A program made the position numbers and the translations under genes. This document shows positions 26,280-39,400 of a DNA stretch of 64,000 nt, one piece after another. The notes under the pieces were generated by a model. It was not told where the DNA came from, searched no databases, and saw only the letters and a list, made by a program, of their open reading frames with translations. Each line of letters begins with the position of its first letter. Within the stretch, counting starts at the first letter, position 1. Origin of the DNA: Eledone cirrhosa (taxonomy: Eukaryota); assembly GCA_964016885.1 (NCBI GenBank), contig OZ024742.1:62930001-62994000 (forward strand), in the 5' to 3' direction.

Positions 26280-28930
26280 AGTCTGTCTTCTCTTAAGTTC
26301 TTACTACATGTCTCTCTGTCAGTCTGTCTTCTCTTAACTTCTTACTACCTGTCTCTCTGTCAGTCTGTCGTCTCTTAACTTCTTACTACCTGTCTCTCTG
26401 TCAGTCTGTCATCTCTTAACTACTTACTATCTGTCTCTCTGTCAGTCTGTCTTCTCTTAACTTCTTACTACCTGTCTCTCTGTCAGTCTGTCTTCTCTTA
26501 ACTTCTTACTACCTGTCTCTCTGTCAGTCTGTCATCTCTTAACTACTTACTATCTGTCTCTCTGTCAGTCTGTGTTCTCTTAACTCCTTACTACCTGCCT
26601 CTCTGTCAGTCTTTCATCTCTTAACTTCTTACTACCTGTCTCTCTGTCAGTCTGTTTTCTCTTAACTTCTTACTACATGTCTCTCTGTCAGTCTGTCTTC
26701 TCTTAACTTCTTACTACCTGTCTCTCGGTCAGTCTTTCATCTCTTAACTTCTTACTACCTGTCTCTCTGTCAGTCTGTCTTCACTTAACTTCTTACTACC
26801 TGTCTCACTGTCAGTCTGTCATCTCTTAACTTCTTACTACCTGTCTCTCTGTCAGTCTGTCTTCTATTAACTTCTTACTACCTGTCTCTCTGTCAGTCTG
26901 TCTTCTCTTAACTTCTTACTATCTGTCTCTCTGTCAGTCTGTCTTCTCTTAACTTCTTACTACCTGTCTCTCTGTCAGTCTGTCATCTCTTAACTTCTTA
27001 GTACCTGTCTCTCAGTCAGTCTGTCTTCTCTTAACTTCTTACTACCTGTCTCTCAGTCAGTCTGTCTTCTCTTAACTTCTTACTACCTGTCTCTCTGTCA
27101 GTCTGTCATCTCTTAACTTCTTACTACCTGTCTCTCTGTCAGTCTGTCTTCAATTAACTTCTTACTACCTGTCTCTCTGTCAGTCTGTCTTCTATTAACT
27201 TCTTACTACCTGTCTCTCTGTCAGTCTGTCTTCTCTTAACTTCTTACTACCTGTCTCTCTGTCAGTCTGTCTTCTCTTAACTTCTTACTACCTGTCTCTC
27301 TGTCAGTCTGTTTTCTCTTAACTTCTTACTACCTGTCTCTCTGACAGTCTGTCATCTCTTAACTTCTTACTACATGTCTCTCTGTCAGTCTGTCATCTCT
27401 TTACTTCTTACTACCTGTCTCTCTGTCAGTCTGTGTTCTCTTAACTCCTTACTACCTGCCTCTCTGTCAGTCTTTCATCTCTTAACTTCTTACTACCTGT
27501 CTCTCTGTCAGTCTGTTTTCTCTTAACTTCTTACTACCTGTCTCTCTGACAGTCTGTCATCTCTTAACTTCTTACTACCTGTCTCTCTGTCAGTCTGTCA
27601 TCTCTTAAGTTCTTACTACATGTCTCTCTGTCAGTCTGTCTTCTCTTAACTTCTTACTACCTGTCTCTCTGTCAGTCTGTCGTCTCTTAACTTCTTACTA
27701 CCTGTCTCTCTGTCAGTCTGTCATCTCTTAACTACTTACTATCTGTCTCTCTGTCAGTCTGTCTTCTCTTAACTTCTTACTACCTGTCTCTCTGTCAGTC
27801 TGTCTTCTCTTAACTTCTTACTACCTGTCTCTCTGTCAGTCTGTCTTCTCTTAACTTCTTACTACCTGTCTCTCTGTCAGTCTGTCATCTCTTAACTACT
27901 TACTATCTGTCTCTCTGTCAGTCTGTGTTCTCTTAACTCCTTACTACCTGCCTCTCTGTCAGTCTTTCATCTCTTAACTTCTTACTACCTGTCTCTCTGT
28001 CAGTCTGTTTTCTCTTAACTTCTTACTACATGTCTCTCTGTCAGTCTGTCTTCTCTTAACTTCTTACTACCTGTCTCTCGGTCAGTCTTTCATCTCTTAA
28101 CTTCTTACTACCTGTCTCTCTGTCAGTCTGTCTTCACTTAACTTCTTACTACCTGTCTCACTGTCAGTCTGTCATCTCTTAACTTCTTACTACCTGTCTC
28201 TCTGTCAGTCTGTCTTCTATTAACTTCTTACTACCTGTCTCTCTGTCAGTCTGTCTTCTCTTAACTTCTTACTATCTGTCTCTCTGTCAGTCTGTCTTCT
28301 CTTAACTTCTTACTACCTGTCTCTCTGTCAGTCTGTCATCTCTTAACTTCTTAGTACCTGTCTCTCAGTCAGTCTGTCTTCTCTTAACTTCTTACTACCT
28401 GTCTCTCAGTCAGTCTGTCTTCTCTTAACTTCTTACTACCTGTCTCTCTGTCAGTCTGTCATCTCTTAACTTCTTACTACCTGTCTCTCTGTCAGTCTGT
28501 CTTCAATTAACTTCTTACTACCTGTCTCTCTGTCAGTCTGTCTTCTATTAACTTCTTACTACCTGTCTCTCTGTCAGTCTGTCTTCTCTTAACTTCTTAC
28601 TACCTGTCTCTCTGTCAGTCTGTCTTCTCTTAACTTCTTACTACCTGTCTCTCTGTCAGTCTGTTTTCTCTTAACTTCTTACTACCTGTCTCTCTGACAG
28701 TCTGTCATCTCTTAACTTCTTACTACATGTCTCTCTGTCAGTCTGTCATCTCTTTACTTCTTACTACCTGTCTCTCTGTCAGTCTGTGTTCTCTTAACTC
28801 CTTACTACCTGCCTCTCTGTCAGTCTTTCATCTCTTAACTTCTTACTACCTGTCTCTCTGTCAGTCTGTTTTCTCTTAACTTCTTACTACCTGTCTCTCT
28901 GACAGTCTGTCATCTCTTAACTTCTTACTA
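26280..28930 (+). repeat. Tandem duplication of a 32/33-monomer block
   Basis: AAGTT at 26295/27607 (1,312=32x41) and CAATT at 27151/28504 (1,353=33x41). The intervening variants are in the same order, with one extra plain monomer in the second copy. Confidence 0.8.
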
Positions 28931-29349
28931 CCTGTCTCTCTGTCAGTCTGTCATCTCTTAACTTCTTACTATCTGTCTCTCTGTCAGTCTGTCTTCTCTT
29001 AACTCCTTACTACCTGTCTCTCTGTCAGTCTGTCTTCTCTTAACTTCTTACTACCTGTCTCTCTGTCAGTCTGTTTTCTCTTAACTTCTTACTACCTGTC
29101 TCTCTGACAGTCTGTCATCTCTTAACTTCTTACTACATGTCTCTCTGTCAGTCTGTCTTCGCTTAACTTCTTACTACCTGTCTCTCTGTCAGTCTGTCAT
29201 CTCTTAACTTCTTACTACCTGTCTCTTTGTCTGTCTGTCTTCTCTTAACTTCTTACTACCTGTCTCTCTGTCAGTCTGTCATCTCTTAACTTCTTACTAT
29301 CTGTCTCTCTGTCAGTCTGACTTCTCTTAACTTCTTACTACCTGTCTCT

Positions 29350-32300
29350 CTGTCAGTCTGTCATCTCTTAACTTCTTAGTACCTGTCTCTCAGTCAGTCT
29401 GTCTTCTCTTAACTTCTTACTACCTGTCTCTCAGTCAGTCTGTCTTCTCTTAACTTCTTACTACCTGTCTCTCTGTCAGTCTGTCATCTCTTAACTTCTT
29501 ACTACCTGTCTCTCTGTCAGTCTGTCTTCACTTAACTTCTTACTACCTGTCTCTCTGTCAGTCTGTCTTCTATTAACTTCTTACTACCTGTCTCTCTGTC
29601 AGTCTGTCTTCTCTTAACTTCTTACTACCTGTCTCTCTGACAGTCTGTCATCTCTTAACTTCTTACTACCTGTCTCTCTGTCAGTCTGTCTTCTCTTAAC
29701 TACTTACTATCTGTCTCTCTGTCAGTCTGTGTTCTCTTAACTCCTTACTACCTGCCTCTCTGTCAGTCTTTCATCTCTTAACTTCTTACTATCGGTCTCT
29801 CTGTCAGTCTGTCTTCTCTTAACTTCTTACTACCTGTCTCTCTGTCAGTCTGTCTTCTCTTAACTTCTTACTACCTGTCTCTCTGTCAGTCTGTCATCTC
29901 TTTACTTCTTACTACCTGTCTCTCAGTCAGTCTGTCATCTCTTAACTTTTTACTATTTGTCTCTCTTTCAGTCTCTCTTCTCTTAACTTCTTACTACCTG
30001 TCTCTCGGACAGTCTTTCATCTCTTAACTTCTTACTACCTGTCTCTCTGTCAGTCTGTCTTCTCTTAACTTCTTACTACCTGTCTCACTGTCAGTCTGTC
30101 ATCTCTTAACTTCTTACTACCTGTCTCTCTGTCAGTCTGTCTTCTCTTAACTTCTTACTACATGTCTCTCTGTCAGTCTGTCTTCTCTTAACTTCTTACT
30201 ACATGTCTCTCTGTCAGTCTTTCATCGCTTAACTTCTTACTAACTGTCTCTCTGTCAGTCTGTCATCTCTTAACTTCTTACTACCTGTCTCTGTGTCAGT
30301 CTGTCTTCTCTTAACTTCTTGCTACATGTCTCTCTGTCAGTCTGTCTTCTCTTAACTTCTTACTACCTGTCTCTCTGTCAGTCTGTCTTCTCTTAAGTTC
30401 TTACTACATGTCTCTCTGTCAGTCTGTCTTCTCTTAACTTCTTACTACCTGTCTCTCTGTCAGTCTGTCGTCTCTTAACTTCTTACTACCTGTCTCTCTG
30501 TCAGTCTGTCATCTCTTAACTACTTACTATCTGTCTCTCTGTCAGTCTGTCTTCTCTTAACTTCTTACTACCTGTCTCTCTGTCAGTCTGTCTTCTCTTA
30601 ACTTCTTACTACCTGTCTCTCTGTCAGTCTGTCATCTCTTAACTACTTACTATCTGTCTCTCTGTCAGTCTGTGTTCTCTTAACTCCTTACTACCTGCCT
30701 CTCTGTCAGTCTTTCATCTCTTAACTTCTTACTACCTGTCTCTCTGTCAGTCTGTTTTCTCTTAACTTCTTACTACATGTCTCTCTGTCAGTCTGTCTTC
30801 TCTTAACTTCTTACTACCTGTCTCTCGGTCAGTCTTTCATCTCTTAACTTCTTACTACCTGTCTCTCTGTCAGTCTGTCTTCACTTAACTTCTTACTACC
30901 TGTCTCACTGTCAGTCTGTCATCTCTTAACTTCTTACTACCTGTCTCTCTGTCAGTCTGTCTTCTATTAACTTCTTACTACCTGTCTCTCTGTCAGTCTG
31001 TCTTCTCTTAACTTCTTACTATCTGTCTCTCTGTCAGTCTGTCTTCTCTTAACTTCTTACTACCTGTCTCTCTGTCAGTCTGTCATCTCTTAACTTCTTA
31101 GTACCTGTCTCTCAGTCAGTCTGTCTTCTCTTAACTTCTTACTACCTGTCTCTCAGTCAGTCTGTCTTCTCTTAACTTCTTACTACCTGTCTCTCTGTCA
31201 GTCTGTCATCTCTTAACTTCTTACTACCTGTCTCTCTGTCAGTCTGTCTTCACTTAACTTCTTACTACCTGTCTCTCTGTCAGTCTGTCTTCTATTAACT
31301 TCTTACTACCTGTCTCTCTGTCAGTCTGTCTTCTCTTAACTTCTTACTACCTGTCTCTCTGACAGTCTGTCATCTCTTAACTTCTTACTACCTGTCTCTC
31401 TGTCAGTCTGTCATCTCTTAACTTCTTACTACCTGTCTCTCTGTCAGTCTGTCTTCTCTTAACTACTTACTATCTGTCTCTCTGTCAGTCTGTGTTCTCT
31501 TAACTCCTTACTACCTGCCTCTCTGTCAGTCTTTCATCTCTTAACTTCTTACTATCGGTCTCTCTGTCAGTCTGTCTTCTCTTAACTTCTTACTACCTGT
31601 CTCTCTGTCAGTCTGTCTTCTCTTAACTTCTTACTACCTGTCTCTCTGTCAGTCTGTCATCTCTTTACTTCTTACTACCTGTCTCTCAGTCAGTCTGTCA
31701 TCTCTTAACTTTTTACTATTTGTCTCTCTTTCAGTCTCTCTTCTCTTAACTTCTTACTACCTGTCTCTCGGACAGTCTTTCATCTCTTAACTTCTTACTA
31801 CCTGTCTCTCTGTCAGTCTGTCTTCTCTTAACTTCTTACTACATGTCTCTCTGTCAGTCTGTCTTCTCTTAACTTCTTACTACATGTCTCTCTGTCAGTC
31901 TTTCATCGCTTAACTTCTTACTACCTGTCTCTCTGTCAGTCTGTCATCTCTTAACTTCTTACTACCTGTCTCTGTGTCAGTCTGTCTTCTCTTAACTTCT
32001 TGCTACATGTCTCTCTGTCAGTCTGTCTTCTCTTAACTTCTTACTACCTGTCTCTCTGTCAGTCTGTCTTCTCTTAAGTTCTTACTACATGTCACTCTGT
32101 CAGTCTGTCTTCTCTTAACTTCTTACTACCTGTCTCTCTGTCAGTCTGTCGTCTCTTAACTTCTTACTACCTGTCTCTCTGTCAGTCTGTCATCTCTTAA
32201 CTACTTACTATCTGTCTCTCTGTCAGTCTGTCTTCTCTTAACTTCTTACTACCTGTCTCTCTGTCAGTCTGTCTTCTCTTAACTTCTTACTACCTGTCTC

Positions 32301-35300
32301 TCTGTCAGTCTGTCATCTCTTAACTACTTACTATCTGTCTCTCTGTCAGTCTGTGTTCTCTTAACTCCTTACTACCTGCCTCTCTGTCAGTCTTTCATCT
32401 CTTAACTTCTTACTACCTGTCTCTCTGTCAGTCTGTTTTCTCTTAACTTCTTACTCCATGTCTCTCTGTCAGTCTGTCTTCTCTTAACTTCTTACTACCT
32501 GTCTCTCGGTCAGTCTTTCATCTCTTAACTTCTTACTACCTGTCTCTCTGTCAGTCTGTCTTCACTTAACTTCTTACTACCTGTCTCACTGTCAGTCTGT
32601 CATCTCTTAACTTCTTACTACCTGTCTCTCTGTCAGTCTGTCTTCTATTAACTTCTTACTACCTGTCTCTCTGTCAGTCTGTCTTCTCTTAACTTCTTAC
32701 TACCTGTCTCTCTGTCAGTCTGTTTTCTCTTAACTTCTTACTACCTGTCTCTCTGACAGTCTGTCATCTCTTAACTTCTTACTACATGTCTCTCTGTCAG
32801 TCTGTCTTCGCTTAACTTCTTACTACCTGTCTCTCTGTCAGTCTGTCATCTCTTAACTTCTTACTACCTGTCTCTTTGTCTGTCTGTCTTCTCTTAACTT
32901 CTTACTACCTGTCTCTCTGTCAGTCTGTCATCTCTTAACTTCTTACTATCTGTCTCTCTGTCAGTCTGTCTTCTCTTAACTTCTTACTACCTGTCTCTCT
33001 GTCAGTCTGTCATCTCTTAACTTCTTAGTACCTGTCTCTCAGTCAGTCTGTCTTCTCTTAACTTCTTACTACCTGTCTCTCAGTCAGTCTGTCTTCTCTT
33101 AACTTCTTACTACCTGTCTCTCTGTCAGTCTGTCATCTCTTAACTTCTTACTACCTGTCTCTCTGTCAGTCTGTCTTCACTTAACTTCTTACTACCTGTC
33201 TCTCTGTCAGTCTGTCTTCTATTAACTTCTTACTACCTGTCTCTCTGTCAGTCTGTCTTCTCTTAACTTCTTACTACCTGTCTCTCTGACAGTCTGTCAT
33301 CTCTTAACTTCTTACTACCTGTCTCTCTGTCAGTCTGTCATCTCTTAACTTCTTACTACCTGTCTCTCTGTCAGTCTGTCTTCTCTTAACTACTTACTAT
33401 CTGTCTCTCTGTCAGTCTGTGTTCTCTTAACTCCTTACTACCTGCCTCTCTGTCAGTCTTTCATCTCTTAACTTCTTACTATCGGTCTCTCTGTCAGTCT
33501 GTCTTCTCTTAACTTCTTACTACCTGTCTCTCTGTCAGTCTGTCTTTTCTTAACTTCTTACTACCTGTCTCTCTGTCAGTCTGTCATCTCTTTACTTCTT
33601 ACTACCTGTCTCTCAGTCAGTCTGTCATCTCTTAACTTTTTACTATTTGTCTCTCTTTCAGTCTCTCTTCTCTTAACTTCTTACTACCTGTCTCTCGGAC
33701 AGTCTTTCATCTCTTAACTTCTTACTACCTGTCTCTCTGTCAGTCTGTCTTCTCTTAACTTCTTACTACCTGTCTCACTGTCAGTCTGTCATCTCTTAAC
33801 TTCTTACTACCTGTCTCTCTGTCAGTCTGTCTTCTCTTAACTTCCTACTACATGTCTCTCTGTCAGTCTGTCTTCTCTTAACTTCTTACTACATGTCTCT
33901 CTGTCAGTCTTTCATCGCTTAACTTCTTACTACCTGTCTCTCTGTCAGTCTGTCATCTCTTAACTTCTTACTACCTGTCTCTGTGTCAGTCTGTCTTCTC
34001 TTAACTTCTTGCTACATGTCTCTCTGTCAGTCTGTCTTCTCTTAACTTCTTACTACCTGTCTCTCTGTCAGTCTGTCTTCTCTTAAGTTCTTACTACATG
34101 TCTCTCTGTCAGTCTGTCTTCTCTTAACTTCTTACTACCTGTCTCTCTGTCAGTCTGTCGTCTCTTAACTTCTTACTACCTGTCTCTCTGTCAGTCTGTC
34201 ATCTCTTAACTACTTACTATCTGTCTCTCTGTCAGTCTGTCTTCTCTTAACTTCTTACTACCTGTCTCTCTGTCAGTCTGTCTTCTCTTAACTTCTTACT
34301 ACCTGTCTCTCTGTCAGTCTGTCATCTCTTAACTACTTACTATCTGTCTCTCTGTCAGTCTGTGTTCTCTTAACTCCTTACTACCTGCCTCTCTGTCAGT
34401 CTTTCATCTCTTAACTTCTTACTACCTGTCTCTCTGTCAGTCTGTTTTCTCTTAACTTCTTACTACATGTCTCTCTGTCAGTCTGTCTTCTCTTAACTTC
34501 TTACTACCTGTCTCTCGGTCAGTCTTTCATCTCTTAACTTCTTACTACCTGTCTCTCTGTCAGTCTGTCTTCACTTAACTTCTTACTACCTGTCTCACTG
34601 TCAGTCTGTCATCTCTTAACTTCTTACTACCTGTCTCTCTGTCAGTCTGTCTTCTATTAACTTCTTACTACCTGTCTCTCTGTCAGTCTGTCTTCTCTTA
34701 ACTTCTTACTCTCTGTCTCTCTGTCAGTCTGTCTTCTCTTAACTTCTTACTACCTGTCTCTCTGTCAGTCTGTCATCTCTTAACTTCTTAGTACCTGTCT
34801 CTCAGTCAGTCTGTCTTCTCTTAACTTCTTACTACCTGTCTCTCAGTCAGTCTGTCTTCTCTTAACTTCTTACTACCTGTCTCTCTGTCAGTCTGTCATC
34901 TCTTAACTTCTTACTACCTGTCTCTCTGTCAGTCTGTCTTCACTTAACTTCTTACTACCTGTCTCTCTGTCAGTCTGTCTTCTATTAACTTCTTACTACC
35001 TGTCTCTCTGTCAGTCTGTCTTCTCTTAACTTCTTACTACCTGTCTCTCTGACAGTCTGTCATCTCTTAACTTCTTACTACCTGTCTCTCAGTCAGTCTG
35101 TCTTCTCTTAACTTCTTACTACCTGTCTCTCAGTCAGTCTGTCTTCTCTTAACTTCTTACTACCTGTCTCTCTGTCAGTCTGTCTTCTCTTAACTTCTTA
35201 CTACCTGTCTCTCTGTCAGTCTGTCTTCTCTTAACTTCTTACTACCTGTCTCTCTGTCAGTCTGTCATCTCTTTACTTCTTACTACCTGTCTCTCAGTCA

Positions 35301-36400
35301 GTCTGTCATCTCTTAACTTTTTACTATTTGTCTCTCTTTCAGTCTCTCTTCTCTTAACTTCTTACTACCTGTCTCTCGGACAGTCTTTCATCTCTTAATT
35401 TCTTACTACCTGTCTCTCTGTCAGTCTGTCTTCTCTTAACTTCTTACTACCTGTCTCACTGTCAGTCTGTCATCTCTTAACTTCTTACTACCTGTCTCTC
35501 TGTCAGTCTGTCTTCTCTTAACTTCTTACTACATGTCTCTCTGTCAGTCTGTCTTCTCTTAACTTCTTACTACATGTCTCTCTGTCAGTCTTTCATCGCT
35601 TAACTTCTTACTACCTGTCTCTCTGTCAGTCTGTCATCTCTTAACTTCTTACTACCTGTCTCTGTGTCAGTCTGTCTTCTCTTAACTTCTTGCTACATGT
35701 CTCTCTGTCAGTCTGTCTTCTCTTAACTTCTTACTACCTGTCTCTCTGTCAGTCTGTCTTCTCTTAAGTTCTTACTACATGTCTCTCTGTCAGTCTGTCT
35801 TCTCTTAACTTCTTACTACCTGTCTCTCTGTCAGTCTGTCGTCTCTTAACTTCTTACTACCTGTCTCTCTGTCAGTCTGTCATCTCTTAACTACTTACTA
35901 TCTGTCTCTCTGTCAGTCTGTCTTCTCTTAACTTCTTACTACCTGTCTCTCTGTCAGTCTGTCTTCTCTTAACTTCTTACTACCTGTCTCTCTGTCAGTC
36001 TGTCATCTCTTAACTACTTACTATCTGTCTCTCTGTCAGTCTGTGTTCTCTTAACTCCTTACTACCTGCCTCTCTGTCAGTCTTTCATCTCTTAACTTCT
36101 TACTACCTGTCTCTCTGTCAGTCTGTTTTCTCTTAACTTCTTACTACATGTCTCTCTGTCAGTCTGTCTTCTCTTAACTTCTTACTACCTGTCTCTCGGT
36201 CAGTCTTTCATCTCTTAACTTCTTACTACCTGTCTCTCTGTCAGTCTGTCTTCACTTAACTTCTTACTACCTGTCTCACTGTCAGTCTGTCATCTCTTAA
36301 CTTCTTACTACCTGTCTCTCTGTCAGTCTGTCTTCTATTAACTTCTTACTACCTGTCTCTCTGTCAGTCTGTCTTCTCTTAACTTCTTACTACCTGTCTC
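29350..36400 (+). repeat. Run of four copies of the dominant variable-length HOR (43-, 47- and 41-monomer spacings)
   Basis: The TATTTG marker sits at 29954, 31717, 33644 and 35325 (spacings 1,763=43x41, 1,927=47x41, 1,681=41x41). Each copy keeps the order TTAGTAC/CTCAG, TTCAC, CTATT, GACAG, CTTTAC, TATTTG, CGGAC, TCGC, GTGTC, TTGCT, AAGTT, TCGTC, CGGTC. Confidence 0.85.
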
Positions 36401-39400
36401 TCTGTCAGTCTGTCTTCTCTTAACTTCTTACTACATGTCTCTCTGTCAGTCTGTCTTCTCTTAACTTCTAACTACCTGTCTCTCTGTCAGTCTGTCTTCT
36501 CTTAACTTCATACTACCTGTCTCTCTGTCAGTCTGTCATCTCTTAACTACTTACTATCTGTCTCTCTGTCAGTCTGTGTTCTCTTAACTCCTTACTACCT
36601 GCCTCTCTGTCAGTCTTTCATCTCTTAACTTCTTACTACCTGTCTCTCTGTCAGTCTGTCTTCTCTTAACTTCTTACTACCTGTCTCTCGGTCAGTCTTT
36701 CATCTCTTAACTTCTTACTACCTGTCTCTCTGTCAGTCTGTCTTCACTTAACTTCTTACTACCTGTCTCACTGTCAGTCTGTCATCTCTTAACTTCTTAC
36801 TATCTGTCTCTCTGTCAGTCTGTCTTCTCTTAATTTCTTACTACCTGTCTCTCTGTCAGTCTGTCTTCTCTTAACTTCTTACTACCTGTCTCTCTGTCAG
36901 TCTGTTTTCTCTTAACTTCTTACTACCTGTCTCTCTGACAGTCTGTCATCTCTTAACTTCTTACTACATGTCTCTCTGTCAGTCTGTCATCTCATTACTT
37001 CTTACTACCTGTCTCTCTGTCAGTCTGTGTTCTCTTAACTCCTTACTACCTGCCTCTCTGTCAGTCTTTCATCTCTTAACTTCTTACTACCAGTCTCTCT
37101 GTCAGTCTGTCTTCTCTTAACTTCTTACTACCTGTCTCTCTGTCAGTCTGTTTTCTCTTAACTTCTTACTACCTGTCTCTCTGACAGTCTGTCATCTCTT
37201 AACTTCTTACTACATGTCTCTCTGTCAGTCTGTCATCTCTTAACTTCTTACTACCTGTCTCTCTATCAGTCTGTGTTCTCTTAACTCCTTACTACCTGCC
37301 TCTCTGTCAGTCTGTCTTCTCTTAACTTCTTACTACCTGTCTCTCTGTCAGTCTTTCATTTCTTAACTTCTTACTACCTGTCTCTCTGTCAGTCTGTCTT
37401 CAATTAACTTCTTACTACCTGTCTCTCTGTCAGTCTGTCTTCTATTAACTTCTTACTACCTGTCTCTCTGTCAGTCTGTCTTCTCTTAACTTCTTACTAC
37501 CTGTCTCTCTGACAGTCTGTCATCTCTTAACTTCTTACTACCTGTCTCTCTGTCAGTCTGTCATCTCTTAACTTCTTACTACCTTTCTCTCTGTCAGTCT
37601 GTCTTCTCTTAACTACTTACTATCTGTCTCTCTGTCAGTCTGTGTTCTCTTAACTCCTTACTACCTGCCTCTCTGTCAGTCTTTCATCTCTTAACTTCTT
37701 ACTACCTGTCTCTCTGTCAGTCTGTCGTCTCTTAACCTCTTACTACCTGTCTCTCTGTCAGTCTGTCATCTCTTAACTACTTACTATCTGTCTCTCTGTC
37801 AGTCTGTCTTCTCTTAACTCCTTACTACCTGCCTCTCTGTCAGTCTTTCATCTCTTAACTTCTTACTACCTGTCTCTCTGTCAGTCTGTCTTCTCTTAAC
37901 TTCTTACTACATGTCTCTCTGTCAGTCTGTCTTCTCTTAACTTCTTACTACCTGTCTCTCGGTCAGTCTTTCATCTCTTAACTTCTTACTACCTGTCTCT
38001 CTGTCAGTCTGTCTTCACTTAACTTCTTACTACCTGTCTCTCTGTCAGTCTGTCTTCTCTTAACTTCTTACTACATGTCTCTCTGTCAGTCTGTCTTCTA
38101 TTAACTTCTTACTACCTGTCTCTCTGTCAGTCTGTCTTCTCTTAACTTCTTACTACCTGTCTCTCTGTCAGTCTGTCATCTCTTAACTTCTTACTACCTG
38201 TCTCTTTGTCTGTCTGTCTTCTCTTAACTTCTTACTACCTGTCTCTCTGTCAGTCTGTCATCTCTTAACTTCTTACTATCTGTCTCTCTGTCAGTCTGTC
38301 TTCTCTTAACTTCTTACTACCTGTCTCTCTGTCAGTCTGTCATCTCTTAACTTCTTAGTACCTGTCTCTCAGTCAGTCTGTCTTCACTTAACTTCTTACT
38401 ACCTGTCTCTCTGTCAGTCTGTCTTCTATTAACTTCTTACTACCTGTCTCTCTGTCAGTCTGTCTTCTCTTAACCTCTTACTACCTGTCTCTCTGACAGT
38501 CTGTCATCTCTTAACTTCTTACTACCTGTCTCTCTGTCAGTCTGTCATCTCTTAACTTCTTACTACCTGTCTCTCTGTCAGTCTGTCTTCTCTTAACTAC
38601 TTACTATCTGTCTCTCTGTCAGTCTGTGTTCTCTTAACTCCTTACTACCTGCCTCTCTGTCAGTCTTTCATCTCTTAACTTCTTACTATCGGTCTCTCTG
38701 TCAGTCTGTCTTCTCTTAACTTCTTACTACCTGTCTCTCTGTCAGTCTGTCTTCTCTTAACTTCTTACTACCTGTCTCTCTGTCAGTCTGTCATCTCTTT
38801 ACTTCTTACTACCTGTCTCTCAGTCAGTCTGTCATCTCTTAACTTTTTACTATTTGTCTCTCTTTCAGTCTCTCTTCTCTTAACTTCTTACTACCTGTCT
38901 CTCGGACAGTCTTTCATCTCTTAACTTCTTACTACCTGTCTCTCTGTCAGTCTGTCTTCTCTTAACTTCTTACTACCTGTCTCACTGTCAGTCTGTCATC
39001 TCTTAACTTCTTACTACCTGTCTCTCTGTCAGTCTGTCTTCTCTTAACTTCTTACTACATGTCTCTCTGTCAGTCTGTCTTCTCTTAACTTCTTACTACA
39101 TGTCTCTCTGTCAGTCTTTCATCGCTTAACTTCTTACTACCTGTCTCTCTGTCAGTCTGTCATCTCTTAACTTCTTACTACCTGTCTCTGTGTCAGTCTG
39201 TCTTCTCTTAACTTCTTGCTACATGTCTCTCTGTCAGTCTGTCTTCTCTTAACTTCTTACTACCTGTCTCTCTGTCAGTCTGTCTTCTCTTAAGTTCTTA
39301 CTGCATGTCTCTCTGTCAGTCTGTCTTCTCTTAACTTCTTACTACCTGTCTCTCTGTCAGTCTGTCGTCTCTTAACTCCTTACTACCTGTCTCTCTGTCA